A stretch of 64,000 nucleotides of DNA. It comes from Gemmatimonadales bacterium (GTDB lineage Bacteria; Gemmatimonadota; Gemmatimonadetes; Gemmatimonadales; GWC2-71-9). The stretch is from assembly GCA_041577295.1 (NCBI GenBank), contig JBFGJG010000005.1:32001-96000 (forward strand), in the 5' to 3' direction. The translations under genes were made by a program, and so were the position numbers. Positions 41,669-50,154 of the stretch are shown in pieces. Below the pieces are notes generated by a model. The model made no database searches, was not told the origin of the DNA, and saw only the letters and a list, made by a program, of their open reading frames with translations. Positions within the stretch are counted from its first letter, which is position 1, and each line of letters begins with the position of its first letter.

Positions 41669-41956
41669 TTACGGATCTCCCGACTTGGGTACAGCGATGC
41701 GCACCATCTCACTGTCTCCAGGTAGGTGCAGCCCTAGCGACTCGGCACGCGGAACGAGCACCGGCCGACTCTCGCCCCGTCGTATGCGCTGTTGCAGCTC
41801 GGCGGTGCGGCTCTCCAGCACGGCGCGTTGTTCGCGCAGGGCATTGAGTTCGCGCGCCGTCACGTGTGCTGACGTCTGCCGAGTGACCACCCAGGCCAGC
41901 ACTCCCAGAGCGAACCCCAACCATAATAGGGTCCAGAACCGGCCCTTACGCGCCAT
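41669..41956 (-). CDS. ftsL: Cell division protein FtsL
   Basis: Short basic N-terminus, one TM helix, coiled coil and AESLGL; lies between rsmH and ftsI. Confidence 0.8.
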   Translation of the reverse strand: MARKGRFWTLLWLGFALGVLAWVVTRQTSAHVTARELNALREQRAVLESRTAELQQRIRRGESRPVLVPRAESLGLHLPGDSEMVRIAVPKSGDP

Positions 41957-42854
41957 CGGCCGTGCGAAAGATGCGGAGCTTCGCGCTGCGAGCGCGGGGA
42001 TTGCGCTCGACCTCGTCGGCCGAGGGAGTGATTGGCGACCGCGGCTCGCGACGGCCAAGCGGTGCCCCGCGGCACGTGCAGATCGGTTGGCCCGGGGGAC
42101 ACACGCACGGGCGTTCCCATTCACGGAACGCGTGTTTCACGATTCGGTCTTCCCCACTGTGATACGTAATCACAGCAAGGCGACCCCCGGGAATCAAGGC
42201 CTCCCGCAAACGTGGCAGGGCTCGTTCGAGCTCTCCGAGCTCGTCGTTGACGGCGATTCGCACCGCCTGGAACAGCCGGGCGAAGTGACTCGGACCCGTC
42301 CGCGGTCCGAACGCGCTGCGGATGGCATTTACCAAGTCGTCACTTGTGCGGAACGGCGCGGTGCTTCGTCGCTCGACGATCTTGTTTGCGAGGCGCCGCG
42401 CCCGCGGCTCGTCGGCGTAGGTGCGAAAGATCTCGCCCAGGGCTGCCGCCGAGCGTGTGTTCAGGAGATCGGCGGCGGTGGGACCCGACGGGGTCATGCG
42501 CATGTCCAGCAGGACGTTCGGACGGAACGAGAACCCACGCGGATCGGTGTCGAGCTGGTCGCTCGAGATTCCGAGATCGAGGAGCACGAAGTCGGGTTTG
42601 AATCGCGCGATGTCGGCGGTAACGGCGGGGTCTCCAAAGCGCCCCAACCGCCAGGTGATGCCCTCGTCCCCGAGACGCTCGCGGGCACGAGCCAACGCAT
42701 CGGGATCGCGGTCCACGGCAAACACGTGGGCACCGGCAGCCCTGAGCCGTTCAGCGTGGCCGCCGCCTCCCACGGTACCGTCCACGATCCGCTGAGCGCC
42801 GGCGGCATGGCGGGCTATCGTGTCGGCGAGGACCGGGATGTGGGCGGTGGGCAT
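41946..42854 (-). CDS. rsmH: 16S rRNA m4C1402 methyltransferase
   Basis: HIPVL, DGTVGGGGHA, DLGISS, LDMRM, FQAVRIAVN, YHSGEDR and NPRARSAKLR. Confidence 0.96.
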   Translation of the reverse strand: MPTAHIPVLADTIARHAAGAQRIVDGTVGGGGHAERLRAAGAHVFAVDRDPDALARARERLGDEGITWRLGRFGDPAVTADIARFKPDFVLLDLGISSDQLDTDPRGFSFRPNVLLDMRMTPSGPTAADLLNTRSAAALGEIFRTYADEPRARRLANKIVERRSTAPFRTSDDLVNAIRSAFGPRTGPSHFARLFQAVRIAVNDELGELERALPRLREALIPGGRLAVITYHSGEDRIVKHAFREWERPCVCPPGQPICTCRGAPLGRREPRSPITPSADEVERNPRARSAKLRIFRTADGA

Positions 42855-42933
42855 CGCCGAGGCCTCCGATGCGGAACGGCCCCGCGTGCGGAGCAGGCGG
42901 GGCCGGAGCGAACGTTCGACTCGTGAAATCAAG

Positions 42934-43007
42934 CGGGGCTGACGGGACTTGAACCCGCGGCCTCCGGTGTGACAGACCGGCACTCTAACCAACTGAGCTA
43001 CAGCCCC
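42934..43007 (-). tRNA. tRNA-Asp(GTC), CCA not encoded
   Basis: Cloverleaf: acceptor GGGGCTG/CAGCCCC, anticodon arm CCGGT-CTGTCAC-ACCGG, T arm with GGTTCAAGTCC. Confidence 0.97.
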
Positions 43008-43052
43008 AAATAGAAAACGTGCAGCAGCGCAATGTAGATGCGCTGCTGCACG
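43008..43052 (-). terminator. Intrinsic terminator after the TPR gene
   Basis: Perfect 14-bp stem (43018-43031 with 43039-43052), 7-nt loop, then TTTTCTATTT on the minus strand. Confidence 0.8.
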
Positions 43053-43059
43053 AATTCAA
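43031..43059 (-). promoter_or_regulatory. Putative sigma70 promoter for tRNA-Asp (and possibly dcw)
   Basis: TTGAAT (43059-43054), 17-nt spacer, TACATT (43036-43031). Confidence 0.6.
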
Positions 43060-43066
43060 GCTCGAC

Positions 43067-44782
43067 TCAGCGGCAGAACGCGGCTCGGAGCTGCCCGACG
43101 CGCTGTTCGAAGGCGCGGTACTGCTGGAGGAACTGCTGTGCCGACTGGGGTGACACCGAGGCACCGATTTCGAGTGCCCGCTTCCCCCGCGCGACCATCT
43201 CTGCCTCTTGCTGCACCAACTGGCACGATTTCGATTCGGTGACTCGCTGATCGAACTCGAAGACCTGGAACATCAACCCGAACCCAAGGAAGAAGTTCGC
43301 CTGCTCCGTGAGACGGCGCTGCACGTCGTTTTGGAGCGCCTTCTCAAGCCAGTCGATGGCGATTGGGAGGTGCATACGGTACTGCACCATCTTGGTCGTG
43401 GGCTGGTAGTAGAGGACCGCCGCGTTCATGAGCACGGCGGTATCTCGACTCATGGCGGTCACGCGATCGAGGAAACGACCCGCTTTGAGCAATTGCGCCG
43501 TATCCAGCGGAACCAACGTGTCGATCGTGATGCCCTCGATGATGGCGCGTGCTGCCGCGAGGCGCGTGGGGACGTCGCTGGGCTCGAGTTCGAGGATGCG
43601 TTCGTACACACGCACGACCGAGTCCGTCATGCCGGCCTCGTTGAACGCGTTGGCACGCGCGCGCCACAACGTGACCGAACCGGGAGTGTGCTGCACGGCC
43701 TCGCCACTCCACCGCAGTAAGGCATCCGTATCGTTGATCTGTTGAGCCGCGCCAATCACCTTCAGGTAGAAGATCGAATCGCCCACGAGCTCCGGATTGG
43801 TGTCGTACTGATCGCTGAGCGCATCGAGCGCGCAGACCCACAACTCCCCGTCCACACACGCGCGCACCTTGAGGTCGAGAAACTCCGCGTCGCCTGGGTT
43901 CTCGAGCAGCCATTCGTCGATGAGGCTGCGGGCTCTGGTGTACTCGCCAACCGTCATGTAGCCGGCCGCGATACCCAAGCGAAGCTGCCGGTCGCCCGGA
44001 CGCGCGAGCAGTTGGCTCGCAAAGGCGTCCAGCGCCTTGAGCGAGTCGCCCTGCACTTGGTACAGGCGGCCGAGGCGTTCCCAGGCCCGCGTCAACAACG
44101 AGTCGCCCGTGGCGGCTCGTTGATACATCGCGATCTGGCTATCGGCTGGCGCATTCGTCGCTTCCATCACGACCGCAGCGCACAGCGCCGCCGACGGGTG
44201 GTTGGGATACATTCGGAAAGCCCGCTCCGCGCGATCTCTCGCGCCGCGGAAATCACCACGATCGCGCCGCTCGGTGCACTCCCGCGCTTCTTCGGCGGCA
44301 TCGACGCGCGGGTCGAGCGAGTCGGCGGTGAGCTCCGCGAGCCGCTTGGGATCCGCCGCTGCCGGCGCCGGGACGGTGACCCATCCGGAGAGCCCGGAAC
44401 GTCCAATATCAACCATCCGAAGACGGAGCACAGGGGCGTCGTTGCGGCGTAGCTCACCCTCCAGGTACGCATCCGCACGAAGCGCGCGAGCCAGACGCTC
44501 TGCATCGGCCGCACCGAGGATGGCGTTGGACTGGTATCCTGATTCCGCCAACATCTCGGCGATCTGCTCTGTCGAAATGATCGTGAGCTTGTTCCGGAAC
44601 TTCCCCTCCATGCGGCGCCGTGCCTCGTGCGCATATTGCACGGCGAACGCCGAGTCACCGGGCGTCACTGGCTGGGGAATAAGGAACAACACGCGCTCCG
44701 TTTGCCGCCGCTGCTGGCCAAACTGCGCTTGGGCAGGTTGGGGAATGACAGCGGTCATGACAACCGCCGCACCGACGGTCAT
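43067..44782 (-). CDS. Secreted TPR-repeat protein (start uncertain)
   Basis: Signal peptide ending AQA-Q and repeated TPR-like helices (AWERLGRLYQVQGD, LWRARANAF, ANFFLG). Confidence 0.8.
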   Translation of the reverse strand: MTVGAAVVMTAVIPQPAQAQFGQQRRQTERVLFLIPQPVTPGDSAFAVQYAHEARRRMEGKFRNKLTIISTEQIAEMLAESGYQSNAILGAADAERLARALRADAYLEGELRRNDAPVLRLRMVDIGRSGLSGWVTVPAPAAADPKRLAELTADSLDPRVDAAEEARECTERRDRGDFRGARDRAERAFRMYPNHPSAALCAAVVMEATNAPADSQIAMYQRAATGDSLLTRAWERLGRLYQVQGDSLKALDAFASQLLARPGDRQLRLGIAAGYMTVGEYTRARSLIDEWLLENPGDAEFLDLKVRACVDGELWVCALDALSDQYDTNPELVGDSIFYLKVIGAAQQINDTDALLRWSGEAVQHTPGSVTLWRARANAFNEAGMTDSVVRVYERILELEPSDVPTRLAAARAIIEGITIDTLVPLDTAQLLKAGRFLDRVTAMSRDTAVLMNAAVLYYQPTTKMVQYRMHLPIAIDWLEKALQNDVQRRLTEQANFFLGFGLMFQVFEFDQRVTESKSCQLVQQEAEMVARGKRALEIGASVSPQSAQQFLQQYRAFEQRVGQLRAAFCR

Positions 44783-44871
44783 CAGCAGCCGAGTTTTACA
44801 ACGATTCAACGACACCACGACGCCTCCGAGTTGAGCTCTCGATGCCCGGACCGGGGATTCTGCTTCACACA

Positions 44872-44945
44872 TGGGCGAAGAGGGATTCGAACCCCCGACT
44901 TCCTGCTTGTAAGGCAGGCGCTCTGGACCCCTGAGCTATTCGCCC
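44872..44945 (-). tRNA. tRNA-Val(TAC), CCA not encoded
   Basis: Acceptor GGGCGAA/TTCGCCC, anticodon arm CCTGC-CTTACAA-GCAGG, T arm with GGTTCGAATCC. Confidence 0.96.
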
Positions 44946-44954
44946 CAACCGCTT

Positions 44955-45143
44955 CTATACCGCGAGACCGAGCGGGAAGAGCACGCAATATCCGAGCACC
45001 AGCAAAATCGGCGCGAGCGTAGTCTCCCCTCTCGCAAGCAACAAATACCCGACCGCGAGAGACACAACCGCGCCGCCTAACAACAACACATTGATGCTCC
45101 GAAACCGGAGCCGAGCAGCCGAAGCCGCTCTCTTACTAGACAT
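44955..45143 (-). CDS. Small two-TM membrane protein
   Basis: 62 aa with a basic N-terminus and two hydrophobic helices (INVLLLGGAVVSLAVGYLLL; LAPILLVLGYCVLFPLGL); has its own predicted promoter. Confidence 0.75.
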   Translation of the reverse strand: MSSKRAASAARLRFRSINVLLLGGAVVSLAVGYLLLARGETTLAPILLVLGYCVLFPLGLAV

Positions 45144-45151
45144 AGACACTC

Positions 45152-45180
45152 AGGCTAACTGCAGGTTCCACAAGCGTCAA
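45152..45180 (-). promoter_or_regulatory. Putative sigma70 promoter for the small membrane gene and tRNA-Val
   Basis: TTGACG (45180-45175), 17-nt spacer, TAGCCT (45157-45152), 8 nt before ATG 45143. Confidence 0.6.
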
Positions 45181-45185
45181 GAAGG

Positions 45186-46031
45186 TCAATCCCATGAGCC
45201 ATCGGGAATCACCCAGCCTTCGTCCAACGCTGCCCGACGTTCCTTGTCGCGGTGTCTTCGCCAAATCCACAGCGCTACCAACATGAAGCCGGCCACGGCC
45301 CAAAACGCCGAGAAGGTCGTGATCATGAAGAGCCATCCGTAGCGTTCGCGGAGCTCGCGCCGCCATCGCTCTTCAAACTGGCCGAACGTCACCTGATGCG
45401 TGGTGCGTAGCGCGCGGTCAAAATCCAATTCGGTCGCGAGTGTCCTGATGAACGGCTCGAGCCCGCGGTCCCCCCCGAAGCGCTCGAGGGAGAGGACGGC
45501 CGTCGCCGCGAGCGCGTAGGCGGTCTCCGCGCGGCTCGCCGTTTGGTCGCGCAGATAGGTATTGAGCTCGCGCAGCGTGGGCACGTTCCCACGTACCAAC
45601 GCCCAGTTGACCCGAAGCGCGTCGAGGCGATCCCATTCACCGGCGGCGCGCACGGCGTAGCCTTCGTCAAACCATCGGGGAACGTGGGGAACTTTGGCGT
45701 GCAAGGCGAGATGGGCCAGCTCGTGACGGAGGGTGCGTCGAACATCCCCGACCAGTCGCAACACGATCATGTTGCGCGACGGGATGGCTGCACCGACCCC
45801 CCACTCTGGCACTCGGCCGGCCAGGAGGGAGTCGAACCGGCGTGCATCGGACACCACGATGAGACGGATGCGGTGATCCGAAAGTGTCCCAATCCCAGGC
45901 CAGGGCCCGGCATCGTTGGCCAACTCGGCCAACGCGGCCGCGGCCTGCGCATCACCACTCCAGTACACTGCGGTCACATTGCCGACATCGATCCAGGTTG
46001 GTCCCTGAATGAGCGACAGCACCGTTATCAT
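45186..46031 (-). CDS. Peptidase MA-family (gluzincin-like) protein with C-terminal TM helix
   Basis: RHELAH (HExxH) followed by PRWFDEGYA; TM helix near the C-terminus. Confidence 0.82.
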   Translation of the reverse strand: MITVLSLIQGPTWIDVGNVTAVYWSGDAQAAAALAELANDAGPWPGIGTLSDHRIRLIVVSDARRFDSLLAGRVPEWGVGAAIPSRNMIVLRLVGDVRRTLRHELAHLALHAKVPHVPRWFDEGYAVRAAGEWDRLDALRVNWALVRGNVPTLRELNTYLRDQTASRAETAYALAATAVLSLERFGGDRGLEPFIRTLATELDFDRALRTTHQVTFGQFEERWRRELRERYGWLFMITTFSAFWAVAGFMLVALWIWRRHRDKERRAALDEGWVIPDGSWD

Positions 46032-46039
46032 GAGGCTCG

Positions 46040-46906
46040 TCAGCGTGGTGGCGCCTGCCCCTCTCCCACCTGGTCGAGCATCTCACGGCAACGTCGGCCC
46101 CAAGGGCTGTACTTGTTGGCCTTGTAGCCCTTGGTCCACGTCTCTTTGGCGGCGTCCTGATCACCACCGAACCAGTGAGCACGGCCTAACTCGTAATACG
46201 CCTCAATCAAATTCGGACCCAGGGCGATGGTCTTTTCGAAGAAGTTTCGCGCGTCCTCATACATCTCACGTTCGAGATACACCAATCCGAGATAGTAGTG
46301 CGCGTACAGCGTTGCTTTCTTATCGTTGTCCAGCCGGATGGCCTTCGAGAGGTGCTCAATTGCCTCACCGAAGATCCGCTTCTTGAGACATATGTACCCG
46401 ACGTTGATCCGCGCGAGCGAGTTCGCGGGCTCCGTCATCAGCACCTTTTGAAACGTCCCGAGTGCCTCATCGTAATCTTCGCTCAGCATCTGCGCCCACC
46501 CCAAGAGGGATTGCGCCTGCGTGTCGCCGGGCGCCAACTCCAGCGCCTTGGAGAGCCCCTGGATCGCGCCGGGATAGTCGCCCAGCGAAATCAAGTGCCA
46601 GCCCTTTTCGATGAACGTCGACGCGCCGAGATTGTCCACCCGCATCGCCGGCGCCGCACCGGTGAACTGCGGCGCGCGGTCGGTCGCGTCCTGGGCTTGG
46701 GCGATCTGCTTGTATTGGTCGACCAGCTTCCGAATGTCTTCCTTTAATTCGGTAAGATCCGTGATCCCCTGGTCAACGGTCTTGAACAGTTTGATGATCT
46801 GCCGCTTCACAACCTCGCGGCGCTCGGCGGAGCCCCGGACTGTCTCCATCCGCGCGGTGATGTCCTCATATTCGCGGCGCAGTGCCTGCACGAGCGCTTC
46901 AGTCAT
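46040..46906 (-). CDS. Coiled-coil plus TPR protein
   Basis: N-terminal heptad helices, then about five TPRs (AQSLLGWA, ARINVGY, AHYYLGLVY, AYYELGRA); overlaps the cheW stop. Confidence 0.88.
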   Translation of the reverse strand: MTEALVQALRREYEDITARMETVRGSAERREVVKRQIIKLFKTVDQGITDLTELKEDIRKLVDQYKQIAQAQDATDRAPQFTGAAPAMRVDNLGASTFIEKGWHLISLGDYPGAIQGLSKALELAPGDTQAQSLLGWAQMLSEDYDEALGTFQKVLMTEPANSLARINVGYICLKKRIFGEAIEHLSKAIRLDNDKKATLYAHYYLGLVYLEREMYEDARNFFEKTIALGPNLIEAYYELGRAHWFGGDQDAAKETWTKGYKANKYSPWGRRCREMLDQVGEGQAPPR

Positions 46907-47375
46907 GTGCCGCCTCCACCGTCAGCGTCTCCAGCGCGAGCCGCTCGTCGGACGCGAGCAGCTTATGAGTTGCAAGTATCACGAGCGTTCGCTCCCCGAC
47001 GGGCAGGATCCCCGTGATGTAGTCTGCCGCGAGCCCCCGCACCATCTGGGGAGGTGGCGTGATTCGATGAGCGGCCACCTTGAGCACTTCAACCACGGCA
47101 TCCACGACCACGCCAATCCGACCATCGCGTGACTCAACCATGATGATTCTCGTCTCGTCACGCACCGGCGCGTCGACCCCGACGCGTTTGCGGAGGTCGA
47201 TCACCGGCACCACGGCATCGGCGTACTGCAACATCCCTTCGAGGAACGCCGGAGCCTTGGGCAGGGGCGCGGGCGGTTCATATCGCAAGATACGCTCGAC
47301 GTCGAACACGTTGAACGCGAAATCGCGCCCGCCGAGCTGAAACCGCACGAGCTGGACTTCGTCGCCGGCGCTCAT
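46899..47375 (-). CDS. cheW: CheW adaptor
   Basis: QLVRFQLGGRDFA...VERIL...LPKAPAFLEG...VPVIDLRKR...IGVVVDAVVEV. Confidence 0.92.
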   Translation of the reverse strand: MSAGDEVQLVRFQLGGRDFAFNVFDVERILRYEPPAPLPKAPAFLEGMLQYADAVVPVIDLRKRVGVDAPVRDETRIIMVESRDGRIGVVVDAVVEVLKVAAHRITPPPQMVRGLAADYITGILPVGERTLVILATHKLLASDERLALETLTVEAAHD

Positions 47376-47797
47376 GCGTACTGCCGCGCCGTCGACGCAT
47401 GCAACCGCTCGGCAAGCGCACTCACGTCCAGGATGGGCACTAACCGGTGGCCGGGGGCCACACCGGATGCCCAGGGTATTCGCCACCCTTCGGGAACTGG
47501 GAGGGGGTCTTCAGGAATCACGGAGTCCACGTCATCCACTTCGAACACCACCGACGCATCGCCACACGTGACAATCACGCCCGTCGAGCGCACCGGCTGC
47601 GGTGGCGTCGTCATGGTCAGCAGCGCCACCAGGTGCACCACGGGGAGCGTGCGCCCGCTCGCAACCGTCACGCCGCGGACCGCTGCGACCACGCCGGGCG
47701 CCGGCTGCACAGAGACCAGCTCCATCACCTGCTCCACGTCGCCGACGCGAAAGCCGTAACGCGACCCCTCCGCTTGCACCTGCAGGTAACCCTTCAT
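47372..47797 (-). CDS. cheW: CheW-like adaptor (divergent)
   Basis: [11 protein letters not shown]...PAPG..AAVRGV...GRTLPVVHL...VFEVDDV...LVPILDV. Confidence 0.8.
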   Translation of the reverse strand: MKGYLQVQAEGSRYGFRVGDVEQVMELVSVQPAPGVVAAVRGVTVASGRTLPVVHLVALLTMTTPPQPVRSTGVIVTCGDASVVFEVDDVDSVIPEDPLPVPEGWRIPWASGVAPGHRLVPILDVSALAERLHASTARQYA

Positions 47798-48873
47798 GCC
47801 GTTCGCCACGAGCGCAGTTCGCCATCGATCCGCCGGGCGATCTCGGGAAGCGGCACCGCCTCCGTCGCCGCACCGCTGACCAGCGCGGCGTGGGGCATGC
47901 CGTAGATCACGGCAGTGTGGCGATCCTGCGCGAGCGTGCGACCTCCCGCACGACGGATGGCCTGTAACCCTTCCGTGCCGTCGCGACCCATGCCTGTCAA
48001 CACCACACCCACGGTGCGCGCACCAAAACACGCCGCCGCCGAGCGAAAGAGCGGATCGGCTGCTGGCCGGACGCCCCATACCGGTGGTTCGCGGTCAAGG
48101 CGAATCCACGGTCCGTCATCGTGCATCACAACTCGCATATGATAATCGCCCGGGGCGACATACGCCGTGTCGGCCAACACGGGCACACCATCGTCGGCTT
48201 CGACCACATGAAAGTGGCTCGCGGCATCCAGACGTTGCGCGAGACTCCTGGTGAACTTGGGCGGCATGTGCTGGACGATGAGCAGGGCCGCGTCCCGACC
48301 CGTGGGGAGGCCCGGTACGATCTCCGCGAGTGCGCGGGGCCCGCCCGTGCTGGCGGCGATGACCACAGCGCATGCGGCGCGGCCGGGGATCGTGGAAGGC
48401 CGTGGTCGCGGGGGATGCCGAGGAACCCGCGCGAGCACCGGAACCCGTCCGATGTCGGCGGTGACCGCCGCGTCCAGCGCCGCTATCAACGCCTCACCCA
48501 AGGAACGCAGCGCATCCGCGTCGCGGACCGTTGGCTTCGCCACGACCTCGACCGCGCCGAGCTCGAGCGCGCGTATGGCTGCTTCGGTCCCGGGGCCCGC
48601 ATGGGCGCTGACCACGACCACGGGACGTGGCACCTCGCTCATGATGTACCCAATCGCTGTCAGCCCGTCGATTTCCGGCATCTCGATGTCCATCGTCACG
48701 AGGTCGGGGCCGAGGCGATGCGTCTTCTCCAGCGCATCGTGTCCGTGTCTTGCCGTCCCCACCACGCGGTAGCGTCCCGATTGTGTGATCAGGTCGGACA
48801 ACACGCGCCGCATGAATGCGCTGTCGTCCGCCACGAGCACGGTGGCGGGCCGCTCAGAGGTCGGTGGGTTCAT
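47794..48873 (-). CDS. cheB: Chemotaxis methylesterase CheB (receiver plus esterase)
   Basis: [16 protein letters not shown] and AKP receiver motifs; ASTGGP, VQHMP and LTGMGRDG catalytic S/H/D. Confidence 0.96.
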   Translation of the reverse strand: MNPPTSERPATVLVADDSAFMRRVLSDLITQSGRYRVVGTARHGHDALEKTHRLGPDLVTMDIEMPEIDGLTAIGYIMSEVPRPVVVVSAHAGPGTEAAIRALELGAVEVVAKPTVRDADALRSLGEALIAALDAAVTADIGRVPVLARVPRHPPRPRPSTIPGRAACAVVIAASTGGPRALAEIVPGLPTGRDAALLIVQHMPPKFTRSLAQRLDAASHFHVVEADDGVPVLADTAYVAPGDYHMRVVMHDDGPWIRLDREPPVWGVRPAADPLFRSAAACFGARTVGVVLTGMGRDGTEGLQAIRRAGGRTLAQDRHTAVIYGMPHAALVSGAATEAVPLPEIARRIDGELRSWRTA

Positions 48874-49348
48874 GGCCCACCGAGCGCAGCGTGACCCGCC
48901 CGTCAGCCACGTCGAACCACACCGATCGTCCCGACTGCCCTCCCACCGCCTCGGCGACGACGGGGATCCCGGCCGTGCGCAGCCCCATACGACAGGCGAC
49001 GATGTTGCGTTCGCCGATGTGGATGGTCCCGGTGGGGAGGAGGTCGCCGAACATGCTCGCGCCACCGACCAGCCGTGCGGTGACGCGGGACAGGTCGGCA
49101 CCACACGTTTGCATCTCGCGCACGGTGTGCGGAATAGCCGTATCCGCGGTTCGCGCGGGGTGGTCGCGGTCGCGTGACAGGGACTTCGATGGCAGCATAA
49201 CGTGTGCGAGCGCGCCGACCCGGGCGTCGGGATCGTACATCACGACCGCAACGCAGCTGCCCAGTCCGAGAGCGGCCAGCGTCCCCTCGCCGCAGGCCAC
49301 TGCCAGCTCTCCCATCCGCACGAGTGTGTGCTGGATAGGAAACGTCAC
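48854..49348 (-). CDS. cheD: Chemoreceptor glutamine deamidase CheD
   Basis: [26 protein letters not shown] and VGGQSGR. Confidence 0.94.
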   Translation of the reverse strand: MTFPIQHTLVRMGELAVACGEGTLAALGLGSCVAVVMYDPDARVGALAHVMLPSKSLSRDRDHPARTADTAIPHTVREMQTCGADLSRVTARLVGGASMFGDLLPTGTIHIGERNIVACRMGLRTAGIPVVAEAVGGQSGRSVWFDVADGRVTLRSVGHEPTDL

Positions 49349-50154
49349 GGGCGCCGGTAGATGCGCTCGCGGGGATTCTCCAGAATGAGCCGCTCGCGGG
49401 CGCTACCAAACAGGATTTCCACTTTACCGAGTATCAGCACGCCACCTGGCCGCAACGCGTCGATGAAGCGCCCGAAGATATGGTCCTGACTGGCCCGGTC
49501 GAAATAAATGACGACGTTGCGACAGAGGATCAGATCGTAGGGAGGTTGGGGGGGCGGATCGCGGAGTATGTCGTGCTGTCGGAACTCCACCAGCGAACGA
49601 ACCGCGGGCACGACCTGGAAATGGTCGCTAGCCACGAAGTACCGTTGTACGAGCGCGGTCGGCGCCTCGTCTAGGGTGGCAGCGGAGAAGATGCCCTCAC
49701 GAGCGCGGGCGAGGCTGACGCGATCGAGATCGGTGGCATCGATGCGCGCCGGCGACTTGTGCGCGCGATCCGTCCCGGCTCGCTCGAGCACGAGCATCGC
49801 CAAGGTGTAAGGTTCTTCGCCGGACGCGCAGCCAGCGGACCAGCACCGGAGGACCTCACCGTTGGCTAACAAGCGAGGAAGAACATCCCGATCGATCGCC
49901 TCCCAGGTCTCCCGATTACGAAAGAACTTGCTCACGTTGATAGTGAGCGCGTCGAGAAGGCGTTCGTACTCGTCGCGGTCACTATCGAGCACGGCGGCGT
50001 ATTGCACATAGTCCGCAACACCACAGGCTCGCATGCGCACCGCGATGCGGCGCCGTAGCACGCTCTCCTTGTACGCCTCGCAGGAGAACCCACGCTCTTG
50101 GGCGATCTTGGCGGCGAGAGCTGCCAGCGCGGGGTCTCGTTCAGCCGCTTTCAC
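49345..50154 (-). CDS. cheR: Chemotaxis methyltransferase CheR
   Basis: YKESVLRRRI, LTINVSKFFRN, WSAGCASGEEPY, ATD and DLILCRNVVIYF. Confidence 0.96.
   Translation of the reverse strand: MKAAERDPALAALAAKIAQERGFSCEAYKESVLRRRIAVRMRACGVADYVQYAAVLDSDRDEYERLLDALTINVSKFFRNRETWEAIDRDVLPRLLANGEVLRCWSAGCASGEEPYTLAMLVLERAGTDRAHKSPARIDATDLDRVSLARAREGIFSAATLDEAPTALVQRYFVASDHFQVVPAVRSLVEFRQHDILRDPPPQPPYDLILCRNVVIYFDRASQDHIFGRFIDALRPGGVLILGKVEILFGSARERLILENPRERIYRRP

Noticed and set aside
41265..42926. Long plus-strand ORFs (also 23244-24809, 27774-29030 and 54928-56529)
   Set aside because: They are antisense shadows of well-supported minus-strand genes in GC-rich DNA and show no recognisable motifs.
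41946..42992. Extended N-termini in the ORF track (rsmH from 42992, TPR from 44872, miaB from 12260, pfkB from 4043, cheB from 49104)
   Set aside because: The extensions run through tRNAs or upstream genes; starts were trimmed to where family homology begins.
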